A stretch of DNA of 64,000 bases. It comes from Oikopleura dioica (Eukaryota; Animalia; Chordata). The stretch is taken from NCBI GenBank assembly GCA_907165135.1, contig OU015569.1:9176001-9240000 (forward strand), in the 5' to 3' direction. The notes under the pieces were generated by a model, which was given only the letters and a program-made list of their open reading frames with translations, did not search any database and was not told the DNA's origin. The translations under genes were made by a program, and so were the position numbers. Below, piece after piece: positions 12,101 through 33,835 of the stretch (position 1 is the stretch's first letter; each line of letters opens with the position of its first letter).

Positions 12101-15100
12101 TTGGAGAAAATAGGGAATGGCGATGTTAGCGTTCTCGTTTACAGTGGAGTTGGCGCGCATGTTGCGTGCGTAATTCGCGAAAAGTGGCAGAAGTCTTGAA
12201 GCTTGTCTTTGCTTTTCTCTCTGCATACAATTTTAATAGTACTTTTAAGTAATATCAGAGACGTAAAACGTATCCGCATGATCCTCATGTCATCAGCACT
12301 CAGGTTGAGGGTGTTCTAATAGCGATCTTATTCGTTATTGCGCTCTCTCTACCCTCTTTTTCTTCTATTTTCTTCTCTCTTTCTACACAATTCAATCATC
12401 TTTCACTTTCTCTTGTAAGAGAACTTTTTGCCACAACTTGTGGTTTGTGCGTATCTCATGTTAACCAGATTGCCAAGCCACGTTCAAGTAGCCTTAATTC
12501 TTAATCTAGGAATTGTAAAGTCACAGTCGTTGAGTACTTCAAAGCCTGGTCCAACTGTCTCGGGCTCATACTGTGCTAGCTGGCTATGAATTGTCAATGA
12601 GAATTTTGATTTAGCTTCTAGCTCCTTCACACAGCACAAACACGGCCAAATTTGAAATGCATGATTATTGAATTAAAGAGTCAAAGCTAAACTCTTTATA
12701 TCAATATTTCAGCTCTTTAAATAGCCTCTCGGCAAAAAGAAGACATAATGTTTTGCGCGTTGATTGACGACAGTCGATTGAGTGAGTTAATGCGACTATT
12801 TCTTCGTGGAAATAATGTTAACTCGTCGTTAATTGCAATTTGGCGCTGGGAATTGCGCAGTGGTGTTTTGTTCTGTTTGCGGGGAATTAGGCGTTTCACA
12901 GGGTCGCCAGTAGCTTCTGCCTTCGACGCATGAATTTTGAATCGAAATCGATCGAATATTTGCATGTATACCCGAACGCGTATTTATCCCCATCTTCCCA
13001 ACAATACTACCAACTCCCACAGTAGCTCAGCCTAATTATACAAACATTAGCTACTAACGCAACTCCCGGCAAAAAGAGACTCCCCCATCCAAGAAAAAAG
13101 GACAAAGAAAAAAGAGAGATTTTACGAAAATGGAAGCAACGCAGAAAACCGATCCCGTCGATAGGTTAGCATTTTTCCCCTCCCAAATGGATATTTTAAC
13201 TTAAATTTTAAATAATAAAACAGTCAGTGATACTTCTAGCTGCTGAAAAAGTTATACTCGCGGTTAAAGTTTGATGCCTCGTTTTTGTTGAGAGTGATTT
13301 CGACTTCCTTTTCGATTAATAAAACATTGAGATTATTTCAAGCCAGAAACAAGCTCGATGCAAAATATTCGGCTGAATTGTTTTTTCTCCTTGAAGTCAC
13401 GTTCAAGCAAGGACGCTGTGGCGCGCTTTAAATTCAACTTGAAATTGGATTTTAAAAATGGAAGCAGCTGCGTTTTCGACTTTTATTTTGACGCTCTCGA
13501 TTGTTATTAGATGGCAAGTCCATCTTCATCAAGAAAACGCCCTTTTTTAATCGGCGGTGATAATTATGGGCCGATTTATCGGAGGATTTATACGATCGCC
13601 TTGCCCGAATATCGACACTCGAGTGTCAATTTAAATGAACTTCCTATAACCTATTCCTATTCTCAAGAGTACTCAAAAATTAACTCATGCACCAGCAATA
13701 GAAAAAGCAATCGTCGTCGTCTTCCCGATACTACTGGTAGCTCCATATACCCAATGTAATTTCCATAAGGCCACTAATACAAATTTAAAAATTATGAAAA
13801 GCAAAACAAACAGATTCCACGCAGAGAGTAATCGAAGAAACGATCGACAATAATAGGTAGAAGAATAATATAAATTTAAACCAATAGGAGAGAATATGTG
13901 GCGCTGTGGCAAATTATATAAAATAGTAGTGGCAATAGTGAAATCATCATTTTGAAGCGAAAAAGCGAGCAAGTCAAAACTTCTTGTATTCTCTCGTGAA
14001 CGCATTTTTTTTGAATATTTTATACCTATGTGGACACGCCACTTGGGCCAACTCTTTTATCTTCTAACGGTATTAATATTTTTTTGGGTGAGAATCTCAA
14101 CTTCAGAAGTGAAAAAAAAAGGTCTTTGTTTTTTTGTTTTTCGAAAGTTGTCTTATTAAAATGCGATGGAGATGGGCGATGTTGTTATTATTGTTCCAAG
14201 TGCGAGTTATATTCTTGGCTTAAAATGCTTTAGCTGTTGTGTGTTATTTACTTGCGTAATGAATGAATCGCTTCTGTTAATAATTGATAAGTTGCGTTCG
14301 ACGAGTTTTAGTCTTACCGGGATATTACAATCAATCTTCTACTGCTTCGAGCAAATGGACAGCAAGTCGATCCAATCGATTCCATTATTTTTGTCTTTTC
14401 TTCTTATAATCTCATTACAGAATCACATTCATTTCAATCAGCCTACACGCAGATCTTCCTAACGGCTCGCATTCATATTCCCGGTCTTTTTCCACTATCA
14501 GAGTTTGCATTACACCCAAATTGCGCGAATGATATCCACTCGCCAAATGATCACAGCAGAGGATCACTTTTTCTGACCGACAAGGTAACTCTTTTGAGGA
14601 AAATCTTCTTCGCAAATATTATATTTATACAATATTTCTTTAAAAAGCTCTGGAAATATTTTATAGAGTATGCTACAACTTGAGGGGCGCTGTCGAGCTG
14701 CGCCAGCAACTGAGACGTCTTCCTGAATGCTAGATTGACTCTCGTAAATTATTCTTGAGCGATGTATCTTTTTTATTAAGCTTATGATTTAATGCGTATC
14801 ACGAGGCGTAAGAAAATAATATTTATAATGATAGGACTGGGCAGTTATAATCATCGGGATGGATACATGAGCATGTCAATAAATTGACATGGGCTTATAT
14901 AAACACATATCTGGAGATGTCAGTTTTAATTTAAATCGCTCAATGGAAAATATTAAAATCTCTTCCTTGATTTCAGAAAAATGAAAGCTTGGAAAAAATG
15001 CCAAATTGAAGCAATAAAAATGGTTTTTTTTTTCTCCAAAGCACAAATTTAGAATTTTTATTGCGTTGAATAGTAATGATAAGGGTTGATACGTCGTAGA

Positions 15101-15197
15101 CTTAGGTGGTGGATAGAGGCGCTTTTTAAATTAAACATTTGGCAAAGACATTAAATATGTAGCTTTGTTTCCCTTTAGAAGGCTCTTTGATTTCCGC

Positions 15198-15223
15198 GGG
15201 GCGGGCGGAGTGGGCCGCTTGGG
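15198..15223 (+). promoter_or_regulatory. Canonical G-quadruplex motif upstream of Cav2
   Basis: GGGG-C-GGG-CGGAGT-GGG-CCGCTT-GGG inside a GC-rich island in AT-rich DNA, about 170 nt before the first recognisable Cav2 exon. Confidence 0.4.
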
Positions 15224-15396
15224 AGGATGGACCGCAGCGTAAAGTGTTACGCGGGTTAAGAGGGAGTGTAATCGCGGCTGGAAGGGCGGGGTGAATTTAA
15301 ATTCACTCAATGTCTGAAAAATGAAAATAAGATGGCTGCATGTAAAATTTATGTACTATCGCTATCATTGGTAGAAAAGTGAATAAATATTTCAGC

Positions 15397-23814
<8,418 letters not shown>

Positions 23815-24508
23815 AAGTATTGTTACAACTGAATAGATATACTGTTGCACATTGAAAGTGTGTCTTTAGGATTGTTGGTAGCCTGTAAGAATTTTTGGGC
23901 GTTTAAGATTTCGATTCTTTACTGTTTTTCTTCACGTAGTAGAACAATACAGTAAACTAACTGTATTGATGGTTTGGGTGCATTTTTTCGATGATCTGTG
24001 AATTTGAGTCGGCAAATAGTTGAGATGAAATATTTTAATGCAGCTTACGAATGTTTGTATCTGTAGAAAATAAAAATATACTGTAGTAGTGGCGGCGCTG
24101 AATCTAGTGAATATAAGTATGAAATGGTGCAGTTATTTACGTAGTAGAATGCGACGAGATAAAATGATGATAGCGAAAAGAGAAACCATACAAAGAGTGA
24201 AAACAGATGCCAAACCGGGACACAAAGGGCATTCGCCCTTCCAGTACCCAGATTAGTTTGGCGCCGTGCGATGAAGGTGATTGAATTTATTTTGCTTTTT
24301 GGTGAATAAAAAGGAAAATACGGTGGAATAGGAGTGTGGTGGACGAAAGAAAGGCGTTTAGTGTAAAGAATAATACAATTGGGCGTTGTACAATTAGTAA
24401 TAATGTTATAGTTGCTGTTTGACTCCACGAAGGCGAGTTTATTGTTGGATTACGTTTTCGTGCGGCTCGGGGTCGAGAGATTCCGGAGAGTGAGAAAGAA
24501 GCCTCGTA

Positions 24509-24662
24509 CAGTGGGTTGCGCAGGTAGTTGACCCTTTGCGATTGCAGCTTTGGTTGACCCTTCGCCCGCGCTTTGTTTCTTTCTAGACTTGCTCAAAGTG
24601 ATTGCAGGATTGGTTGACCCTTTGCCCGCACTTTAGGGGTCAACTACCTGCGCAACCCACTG
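24509..24662. mobile_element. 154-bp MITE, Tc1/mariner-like (TA TSD)
   Basis: Perfect 26-bp TIRs cagtgggttgcgcaggtagttgaccc / gggtcaactacctgcgcaacccactg, flanked by TA (24507-24508, 24663-24664). Internal duplicated unit gattgcag..ttggttgaccctt.gcccgc. Confidence 0.9.
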
Positions 24663-24879
24663 TAAGCTGAGCAGGACGAGCTTGAAATTGCCCGGCACAA
24701 AGCGCCATTGTTAGGGCCGGTTGGAGAAGGATTCGAGATACTACTGTACAAAACTAGGGTCGCCCAAGGTGGAGGTGGAATAGGTTGGGATAGAGACAGA
24801 CAATTAGTTATAACGACGTCGCAATTTTATCGGAATTACGAATTTCTGGTAACGGAATAAAGTGATCGCGAAAAAATAA

Positions 24880-25736
<857 letters not shown>

Positions 25737-27224
25737 CTACATGTACTCCCCGAGTAATGCGTAGAAAAAAAACATGAGAAAATTATTAAAAAGGGACAGG
25801 AAGAGATTTCATTGGGGCAAAGAAAGAGAGAGAGAGTGGGAGAGCGGCCTATTCACGCAGTAAATCGAGTCATAGAGATTGATAAACCAGATCTGGCACG
25901 GGCTCGCCTTGTGAAGGGATCATGCCTATTACTGTAATTCAGTGGCTCTATCTTTATTTTTCAACATGAAAAATTTTACTCGTCCAAAAGACTTAATTTT
26001 TAGTTGGTTGTTTGAAAATTTGACCAAAGTTAACGCCATAGATTTTTTCTAAGATTTCGAAAATTGAAATTTTGATTGTTGAAATGTTTGAATGTAAAAA
26101 TTATAAAAAGTTGCGAAATCGGTCGAGCTATTTTCTTCTATCTTCAAGGGCGATTAGAATCTCTCTTGCAAATGATGAGCTTCTGAGAGTCTCTTTTTTA
26201 GCTTCGCCTTTTTTAGATTTTTTTCGCGGGCGAATTGATTTGGATTTTTTTTTTGTTTCGAGGGCGACTCACTACTAACGCGAAAAAGAGCGAAAGGCGC
26301 CCGCGTCGGGACGAGAAGAGCGGACAAAGAGCAACCAATCGGGTGAGCGCGTGGGCGCCCAGCCGGCGCACTCGATTCTCCACCCTTCCCTCATTATCGG
26401 TTTTTGGCTGTTCTCCTCGTTGTCCCCCGCCGAGAGCCGCTCACGCAGCCAGAAAGAACCAGCGCGCCCATTTTTCTCTCCCTCTCTCTTCTTCAAACTC
26501 GCGAGAGGTTATAATCTCACTGTAATCTCTCCCTCTTCGCACTCTCTCTCCAGTAGAGAAACTCACTGGCCTTTTCCCACTAAGTTTAGTAAAGAATACT
26601 AGTACTACAGACTGCTGCGCAAAACAAGGGTCATCATGCTGAGATAAATCAAAGAATAAGGCCATTTTTCTTCGTTCAAAAAGCGCGTTACTGCGGTTTC
26701 CTTCTCTTGCTTCTTGCGTTTATACTTTTTACGAGCGGAAATTGGCGTCAGCCCCCACCAACTCGTGCTCATCGATTCGCATGAATTTCACGATTTCGAG
26801 CATTTCAAGAATGAATCTCTCGACCAAAATTGGAGACGAGTTTTCGAAGCAGCGAACCGGAAACGCGGTTCTTTTCTGATTGCCACTTCAAGTAATATTT
26901 TCTGTAGCATTCTGGCGAAAAAAAGTAAGCTCGTTTTAGTAGCCATAAAGGTAAGATGTATTTTTTGTTTGAAAAACCCGAGAAAGGCAGTAACAGAGAG
27001 CGAGTTTTCTTACAAATTGGAATTTTTGGGAGTTATTTTTGCAGTTTAATTTTAGAATTTATTGCTTTATCCGACCTTTGTTCTTTGGTACATGGAATTG
27101 TACATGTAAAATAAAGTTGAATGATACTCAAACAATGCACGAAGTTGACCTGATATTTGAGGGTAAAGCTGACAGAAAGAAAAAGAAAAAAATAATGAAA
27201 ATAATGAAACTAATCAATTCAGGT

Positions 27225-28161
27225 TTAGTCCTGCTCCATCGGGCCATCTCCATCGGGTTGCCATCGAATCCTTTCTTCGTAGAATTTTATAACCACCTTA
27301 AAAATTCCGTTACTTTTTCTTATGACTCGTAGTGCCTTACCTGTGGAATCCTGATGTTGGCCTCCTTTGCTGGGACGAGATCGGTCTCTTCCGAGTCTTT
27401 CCTGAATCAAGATTACAACCACTCACTCCTCGAAATCGTTTTTTACCATTTTATCAGGAACTGGAGGTCACCATCTTTTTCCGTGGCTCCGCAGATTTTC
27501 TCCGCCTTGTAGCCTCTGTCGAAGATCGACGACGAAAACGTTGAAGATGCTTTTTCACTGGGTTTGGACTTTTTAGAGGCGGGAGTGAACTCTTCTTTCA
27601 TCGCATTTTCCTTCTTCGCTTTTTCCTTTTGCTCCCGCTTTCTCTGCTTTTTCTCTTCCCTTTCCTTCCTCGCCTTTTCTGAAATACGTTGGTTGTTATG
27701 GATGATTTCATCGTGAGAAAAATTGGAACTTCTCGTGGGAAATCGAGTATGGGAGTAGCGCAATTAAAGATATAGTAACCGTGACGATTGGCCCTGCTGG
27801 ACAGGAATCGATACTTCTGAATTTCGCTAACTCTTTATTTCTAACAGAACATGGCTGTCCTGGGAGCTCCCAATAACGATAAGATATCAACGCACCTTCG
27901 AAAGCAGTTATGAGATCGTCGCAGTCGAGGTTTTCTTTTGGTTCCCAAGTGTCGTCATCACTGAAACACTGCTCACTATCAACGAGTTATCACTTTGCTT
28001 ACGGTCCAAATCCTTTCCAGCGAATTCGGTAGTGCTTCACTTTCACGCCCGCGTCGTTCTCTTCCATGCGCTCATCCAAAATATGCTCCACCTTCAAGAC
28101 GTCAATTACAGTTAACTTTGAGCAACATTACCTCGTACTCTTCTTCCTCCGAACCAGACAT
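27225..28161 (-). CDS. cbx1/3/5: Heterochromatin protein 1 (chromodomain + chromoshadow)
   Basis: MSGSEEEEYEVEHILD...[20 protein letters not shown] (chromodomain), a Lys/Glu-rich hinge, and [56 protein letters not shown] (chromoshadow). Confidence 0.93.
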
Positions 28162-29178
28162 ATTTATTTACCAATTCCTCTGGCTCTTTTCTCAAATAAG
28201 GGTTCTTTTTAATTTTACTAAGAAGGTGTCTCCTCTTTTTCAAGTTTTGTCTCTTTTTTAGAATTCGCGCGGGACGGCAAAAAAACGATAGAGCTAGCTG
28301 TGGTGTATGTCCCTCAGCGTGGGCGTCGCATGGACGCACCCTGGGGTCTCTCGAGTGCGATTAAGCGCGAAAAATACGCACAAAAATACGAATTATCGGT
28401 AGTTCTACTCGTTCTTATCAATTTATCACTATTAAAACCCGTTGGCAATGCTTGACAGCTTCGAAATCAGCGCTGAAGAACGTCTAGCTGCGTAAATTAA
28501 TTAGTTATTTCAAACACAACACCCAAATCAAGGTCATTCTAGAAAATACTCTAGAATTTCCATGATGCATCGGTTATATAGTCACACTCTTCTACTGAAA
28601 TGTTTGCATCTGAAATGCAAGTTGAATTCATATAACAGCTGCATATCAAGATAAAACATTAAAAACACTCAGAAATCAAGGAAGACTCATCATCTGAGCA
28701 ACGGTAGACTGTGTTTGCGTGTTTGGAGGATATATTTGCAGTCTTTTTCCGGGAGAGCGTTTGATCGAGGATCATTATTTTTATTCATATTTGAGCATCA
28801 CACTTTCAGGTTGCTTTTTGCTACATTTCCATAACCGAAAAATGAATTCACTAAAATTACTGATTGTCAATAAGACGCTTGGATTCCAAGTTTGAAAGCT
28901 TATTTGATGGATACACTAACGATAAGAAGTGTGAAGTTGGAATCACAATTGATTGGTTCGGTTCGCATGATGTGACAATCATCGAATATGGAGCAGCCTT
29001 TTCGCTTATATCGGGGAAAAGGGAAAGGCGGTGCTCTGATTCATTCTAGATATTTGCTGACATCTTGGATTTTAGGTTGAGCAGCTAATCCTTATCGAAA
29101 TTTTCAAAAAAGAAGCCAGAAATAAAAGGCACGTAGTTTTTTGTTTTCCCCTTCATTCATAGAAATTCCGAATCAGTT

Positions 29179-30451
29179 ATGTTTAAATCAAATGCTATGT
29201 TAATTTCTCTCTTTTTATTACTCGCTAGCATCGCCCAGTACTACCAGGTTTGAAGAGAAATAATATCTCAGAAATTTTGCTGCAGAAAGGACAAATTTTG
29301 CCACTTAGAACTAAAACACTTGGGATACTCCCATATTTCGAAAGGGTTAGTCAGTTTATAGAATCTGCCTGAGAATGAAAAAAGAACCTTTACGATTGAC
29401 GATGCTGTACCTGTTCGACCAACTCCTTGGATAGACTACTTTGAAGATGGTGAGTTTACCAAACTGACAAAATATTTACCAATAAACTAAATAGGATTCT
29501 TCATCGTTCCGTATTTCTTCGAAGACGGTTATGAGAAGCACAAGTACTGTTCATGTAATTCATCTGAGTCAATGGCAGTTATGGAGTATCTTCTTGGTGC
29601 TTTCGAAAGATACACCTGCGTGAAATTTAAAAGGTTGACGACAGAAGCGGAAAAAGCACTCTACGATTACAAGATTGAAATCGGATGGGATGGACAGACT
29701 GGACGAGCCTGGTCACATTTGGGTATTATATTTTTTACTAACGGTTTACAGAGCGAAAGTCTGCATTTATGTTAAAAAAAAACGAGATAAAAATGTTTTC
29801 AAAGGTCGTCTCCCCTTGTCCTTCCAGCCTCAAAAACTGCAAATGCGTCCCGACGCCTGGAGCTTGAACAATAGAACAGTGATGCAACACGAAGCAATGC
29901 ACGCTTTGGGCTTCCTTCACGAGCATCAACGAATCGATCGCGACAGTTATGTTGAAGTTCATCCTTCTTTGCCAAACGATATTGATTTCGCGAAAGTATC
30001 AAGTAGTGCTGAGTGGCGGAATTTGAGTTTTCCTTACGACTACACCAGTGTTCTTCATTACCCGGCCTTTCGACTTGGTGATGGAAAGTGGTCTCTGTCG
30101 ATCCCGGGGAGCGATTACAGCATTCCTGTTCCTGCCCGCCCGGCCTTTCCAATTTCTCAGCAAGACATGGCTCAAATCAATTCAATGTATAATTGCTCAG
30201 GAATAGGTTCCATTTTTTACTCTGTTAGGATAGTTTTTTGAAGGCTTCTCGATAAGATAAGCCAATAAAAATAGTTTAACATTAACATCCCTTATCAAGA
30301 ACCTATACAAGCCTTTACAACGACGAGGAATACGACTACACCAATGATAAAACCGACAAAAGGTCCATTTTGGATTGAAGAAGAAACAGTTCAAACCATA
30401 ATTCGTACACTGCTCTATTTCTATCTCGTCATTTTATTTAACTTCTATTAA
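29179..30451 (+). CDS. Astacin-family (M12A) metalloprotease with C-terminal Thr-rich stalk and hydrophobic anchor
   Basis: Signal-like MFKSNAMLISLFLLLASIAQ; YTCVKF; HEAMHALGFLHEHQRIDRD zinc motif; PYDYTSVLHY; INSMYNC; tail TLLYFYLVILFNFY*. Confidence 0.9.
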
Positions 30452-30469
30452 GATATCATAATAAATAAG

Positions 30470-30787
30470 TAGGCCTCGGACGTAAAAATCCATCACCATC
30501 ATCGGAACTTCGTATGGGATTGAGAATAGGCTCATTCGAAAGCTCTTGAAGAGGGCTTTATTATAGGCAAATGAAAAAATTGGGCCCTGTCTCCCAGTTT
30601 TGAGTAATCTGTCGTTAAAGATAAAGTCGAAAAACGTTTTTACGAAATAACTTGAAACAGGGAGACAGGGTCCAATTTTTTTATTTGCCGCCAAGAAAGT
30701 TCTCTTTAAGAGCTTTCGAATGAGCCTACTCTCGTCCTCATACGAAGCTCCGATGGTCAAAATCGATATTTTTACGTCCGAGGCCTA
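30470..30787. mobile_element. 318-bp hAT-type MITE
   Basis: Perfect 20-bp TIR taggcctcggacgtaaaaat, extending imperfectly to about 85 bp; 8-bp TSD taaataag at 30462-30469 and 30788-30795; a second internal inverted pair (aattgg.ccctgtctccc). Confidence 0.9.
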
Positions 30788-30965
30788 TAAATAAGGTAGG
30801 CTCTGTTTGATATTTGGAGGATTTATTTGGGGCATGTTGTCGAGAAAGCACTCGTCACGAATAGCATTAACATAGTGAAATTTATTTGGATTAAGTTATG
30901 GCTAGGTAATTGGCAGAACATAAAAGAAGCGGAAACAGTTTCTTACTTTGAGGAAGAAGCGCAGG

Positions 30966-32195
30966 TCAAGTTGAGGTTTCGTCAGTACGGTTAGAACGAG
31001 GATCATTATTTTCATTGTTGTCTGAGGTTGGTTGTTGTGACTTGTGTTTTTTCCATATCAGTACGATCAGTCCCTAGAATTCAATTTCGAACATTTATTC
31101 ACTCCTTACACCAACCATAAGAAGTACGAGGCCAAGTGAAACAAGAATCGATATGCTCGCGTCATTGAGTTTCGAGCAGTTTTCCCCGTAGTGACTAAAA
31201 AAAACTATCGACTTACAAAAGCAGATAGGCTTACCCTTTGTCACACTCGCACTTTTTGACTTGATAGAGGTTATCCATGCAGCATTTTCCATTATTGTTA
31301 CAAAAATCATCGCCGCAACGTTTTTCGCACTTATTTATTGGTGCAGGTGTTGAAGATTCTTCGTAAAGTTCTTTCAGAAAAAGTTGCTCTTCGTATTTTG
31401 TAATCTTCTTTTCTTCGTCTGAAAATCGTAGTTATGATTGAATGTTCATTGATTATTCACCTAAAAAGTGAACTCTGCATGTCCAGTTGCCTTCGAAGGA
31501 CTCGTCGAAGCCTCCTTTCGGAGTAAAAGTGAGCTTGTGCGTAACTCCATTTTTCCGATATCGATAGTTTTTGGTCAACCCCTTCGTCACCGGGACATCA
31601 TTTTGTAACATTTCAACTGACAAGTGTTTGAGGTAAGTTTTAAGCCTTGCTTCCACGTGAAAAAAAGTTCACGTGCGTTACACGTGCCCGATAAAACATC
31701 TAACACCTTTCCTATCGGATTCACCTTCGCCTTTTCTATTTGACAGCTGAAATTGATTTATAACATTGAAACAAACTTTTTTTGACTCTAGTGAACAAAA
31801 CACTCGTCACCTTGCTAAGGGAATGTCAAGAAAAAAGTCATAAACCTTCCTAATTTTAAAGCGCTGGTTCTTCGTGATAACTTGAGTTTTCTTCTTTTTG
31901 GGTACTTTGACAGCCCCGAACTTGCGAATATCTGGGTAAATCTCAGCTTGACAGGTTTTAGCACGGTCGGTCGAATATCCAGGGCTTGAGTTTCCATCAC
32001 AAATCGCACGTGCAACGGATTTCCTCGTCTGTTTTCGTCTTACATCTCGGCCAGCGTATGGAACCCACTTGAGCGTAAGTTCGCCGCTTGGTTCAGCTAC
32101 ATTCAGGAAAAACAGCTTTCTAGAGCGACTCGCCATTGCTCCCTAATTTTGAAATAAGTCAAGCAGCAAGAGAATCAAAGAATCCACAATCTCAT
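30966..32195 (-). CDS. Type I membrane protein with Ig-like domain, one EGF-like domain, TM helix and short tail
   Basis: HKLTFTPKGGFDESFEGNWTCRV (Ig-like); CGDDFCNNNGKCCMDNLYQVKKCECDKG|HYGENC (EGF); ASISILVSLGLVLLMVG|GLIVLIW KKHK (TM). The start is uncertain. Confidence 0.6.
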
Positions 32196-32279
32196 TCTGG
32201 CCACACAGTAACGAGGATTTGCCCGGTGTCTTACTTTTGAGCAGATCTATATTCACACGTTACCTTCGAGTTTTTCACC

Positions 32280-33835
32280 TTTAAAAGATCTGCAGGGTCA
32301 CAGTCAAGAAGCAGCTTTCTCGGTCGTTGGAAGCCATCACGCCCTTGTCTGAAGAAGATGTTCTCATGTTTCGTCGGAAACTTGAGAACTTCTTTAATGC
32401 GAATGAGAGCCTTAAACAGTTTGACAAGTTTGATAGCACTTTTTAAAGATATGAGTTGTCAAACGGTAGCTTATTGGATCGAGGCTCTTTATCAAGTTCA
32501 CCGTAGACGACGGCATCGGAGCTGAAGCCGAGCATGTCCAGCGTGTATCGTGGTCTTTCGGGCCATTTCGTCGCTTCACAGCTCTTCAGCATTCAAATTT
32601 CTTCCTTGCCTGTTTGTCTCTTCCCCTTCTTCCAACTGTGCTCGACGGTGCTGCGAATTTTTTATTTAATTTTCCCTGGCAGCCGACCAATCAATTACTA
32701 ATTCAATATGCGTGCCCAAAAATTAAGAGTGCAAGGATAAAGACAGGTATCAGTCGTAGGGTGTCAGGCTTATCGCCCGATCAATTTCGCTTTCAAAGGG
32801 AAATCCCTCTTCTTCCCATAAAATAGGCGATAAGTAGCGTCTGAAATTGATCTGCATCCCTTTCTCACTCCTCCTGTACCGTACAGTGTACACACAACGG
32901 CGTACACACTACCATACATTTGTTCCTGTTGCTCTTTTACGCGTTTTACGAGAGGTAGCATTTGAAAGATTCTCGAGTGGTTACCTTTTGAAGCTTCGTC
33001 AAATTCTCTAGTGTGACTAGGCAAATAGTTCTCGTCAATCAAGTGTGGGATGAGCTTTCTGGCTAGCTCAATACAGGGTTGAGCATATTTCCTTTTCTTT
33101 GCCCAAGGCACTTTTCACCGCGCCGCCAAGTCCGCCGATATCCGTCCACCGAGGCTCTCACAGAAAGTACTTAATCGCACCCGTAACTTGTCCTCTTCTT
33201 CTTCCTTTCCCGCCTCAATATACAAACGGCTTGTCTTTGTCTAAAACTTTGACTCCAAGTTATTCGTTTTTATAAGTCCCTACTTTTCAGTTCTTCTGCA
33301 TTTCTCTCGTACGAGTTTGTGGAACTTGACGCTCGAAAATTTCTTATTTTGGATCCTTGCTTTGTTGGTTAGAGCGGTTTTAATCTTTCCATTGTGCGAC
33401 TCTCATTATCGAGGGCTCCTCCGCTTCAAGCCCTATTTAACTCTCTGATTTTCTGTCAATTTCGCCCATCAACTTCAACTAACCAGGATTTACACGTCTC
33501 GGGGCTTCTCACGGACATAAGTTAAGGGAATTATGAAAGTTAATGCTTTTGAAATATATTTATTTATGATTTCAAGCTTATTGGAAGATTCTGAACCGAT
33601 TCACAAAAGTCTTTAATCAAATTAATCCGCATCCTATTCAGAAGAAGAACAAACAACACTTGATCTGTATATATATCAATAGATGCGGTACTTTTAATCG
33701 AAGAGGTCCAAATGAATCGGCATAATAATTTTTATAGAAGACGGTACCGTCATTTATGGCGCCAACGAAGAAATCACGGCTTCCCGAATCGACAACGGCA
33801 TAATCGACGTAAGACTCTCCCATGATTTGAACCAT
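32280..33835 (-). CDS. Hypothetical multi-exon protein
   Basis: Minus-strand ORFs 33638-33835 and 32770-33111 plus intervening exon-like segments. No family assigned. Confidence 0.3.

Noticed and set aside
9500-14620. Scattered exon-like ORFs (10390-11100 +, 11200-12230 -, 13520-14620 -)
   Set aside because: No consistent gene model or recognisable domain could be built by eye; they may be real genes or Cav2 upstream sequence.
28767-31012. 16-bp direct repeat cgaggatcattatttt flanking the astacin gene
   Set aside because: A single short, AT-rich match with no element structure; not distinguishable from chance.
32720-32770. PDTLRLIPVFILALL resembling the Sec24 helical domain
   Set aside because: Flanking sequence lacks other Sec23/24 domains and all frames close nearby.
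33120-33165. WTDIGGL motif resembling AAA ATPases
   Set aside because: The frame closes shortly after, with no Walker A/B motifs.
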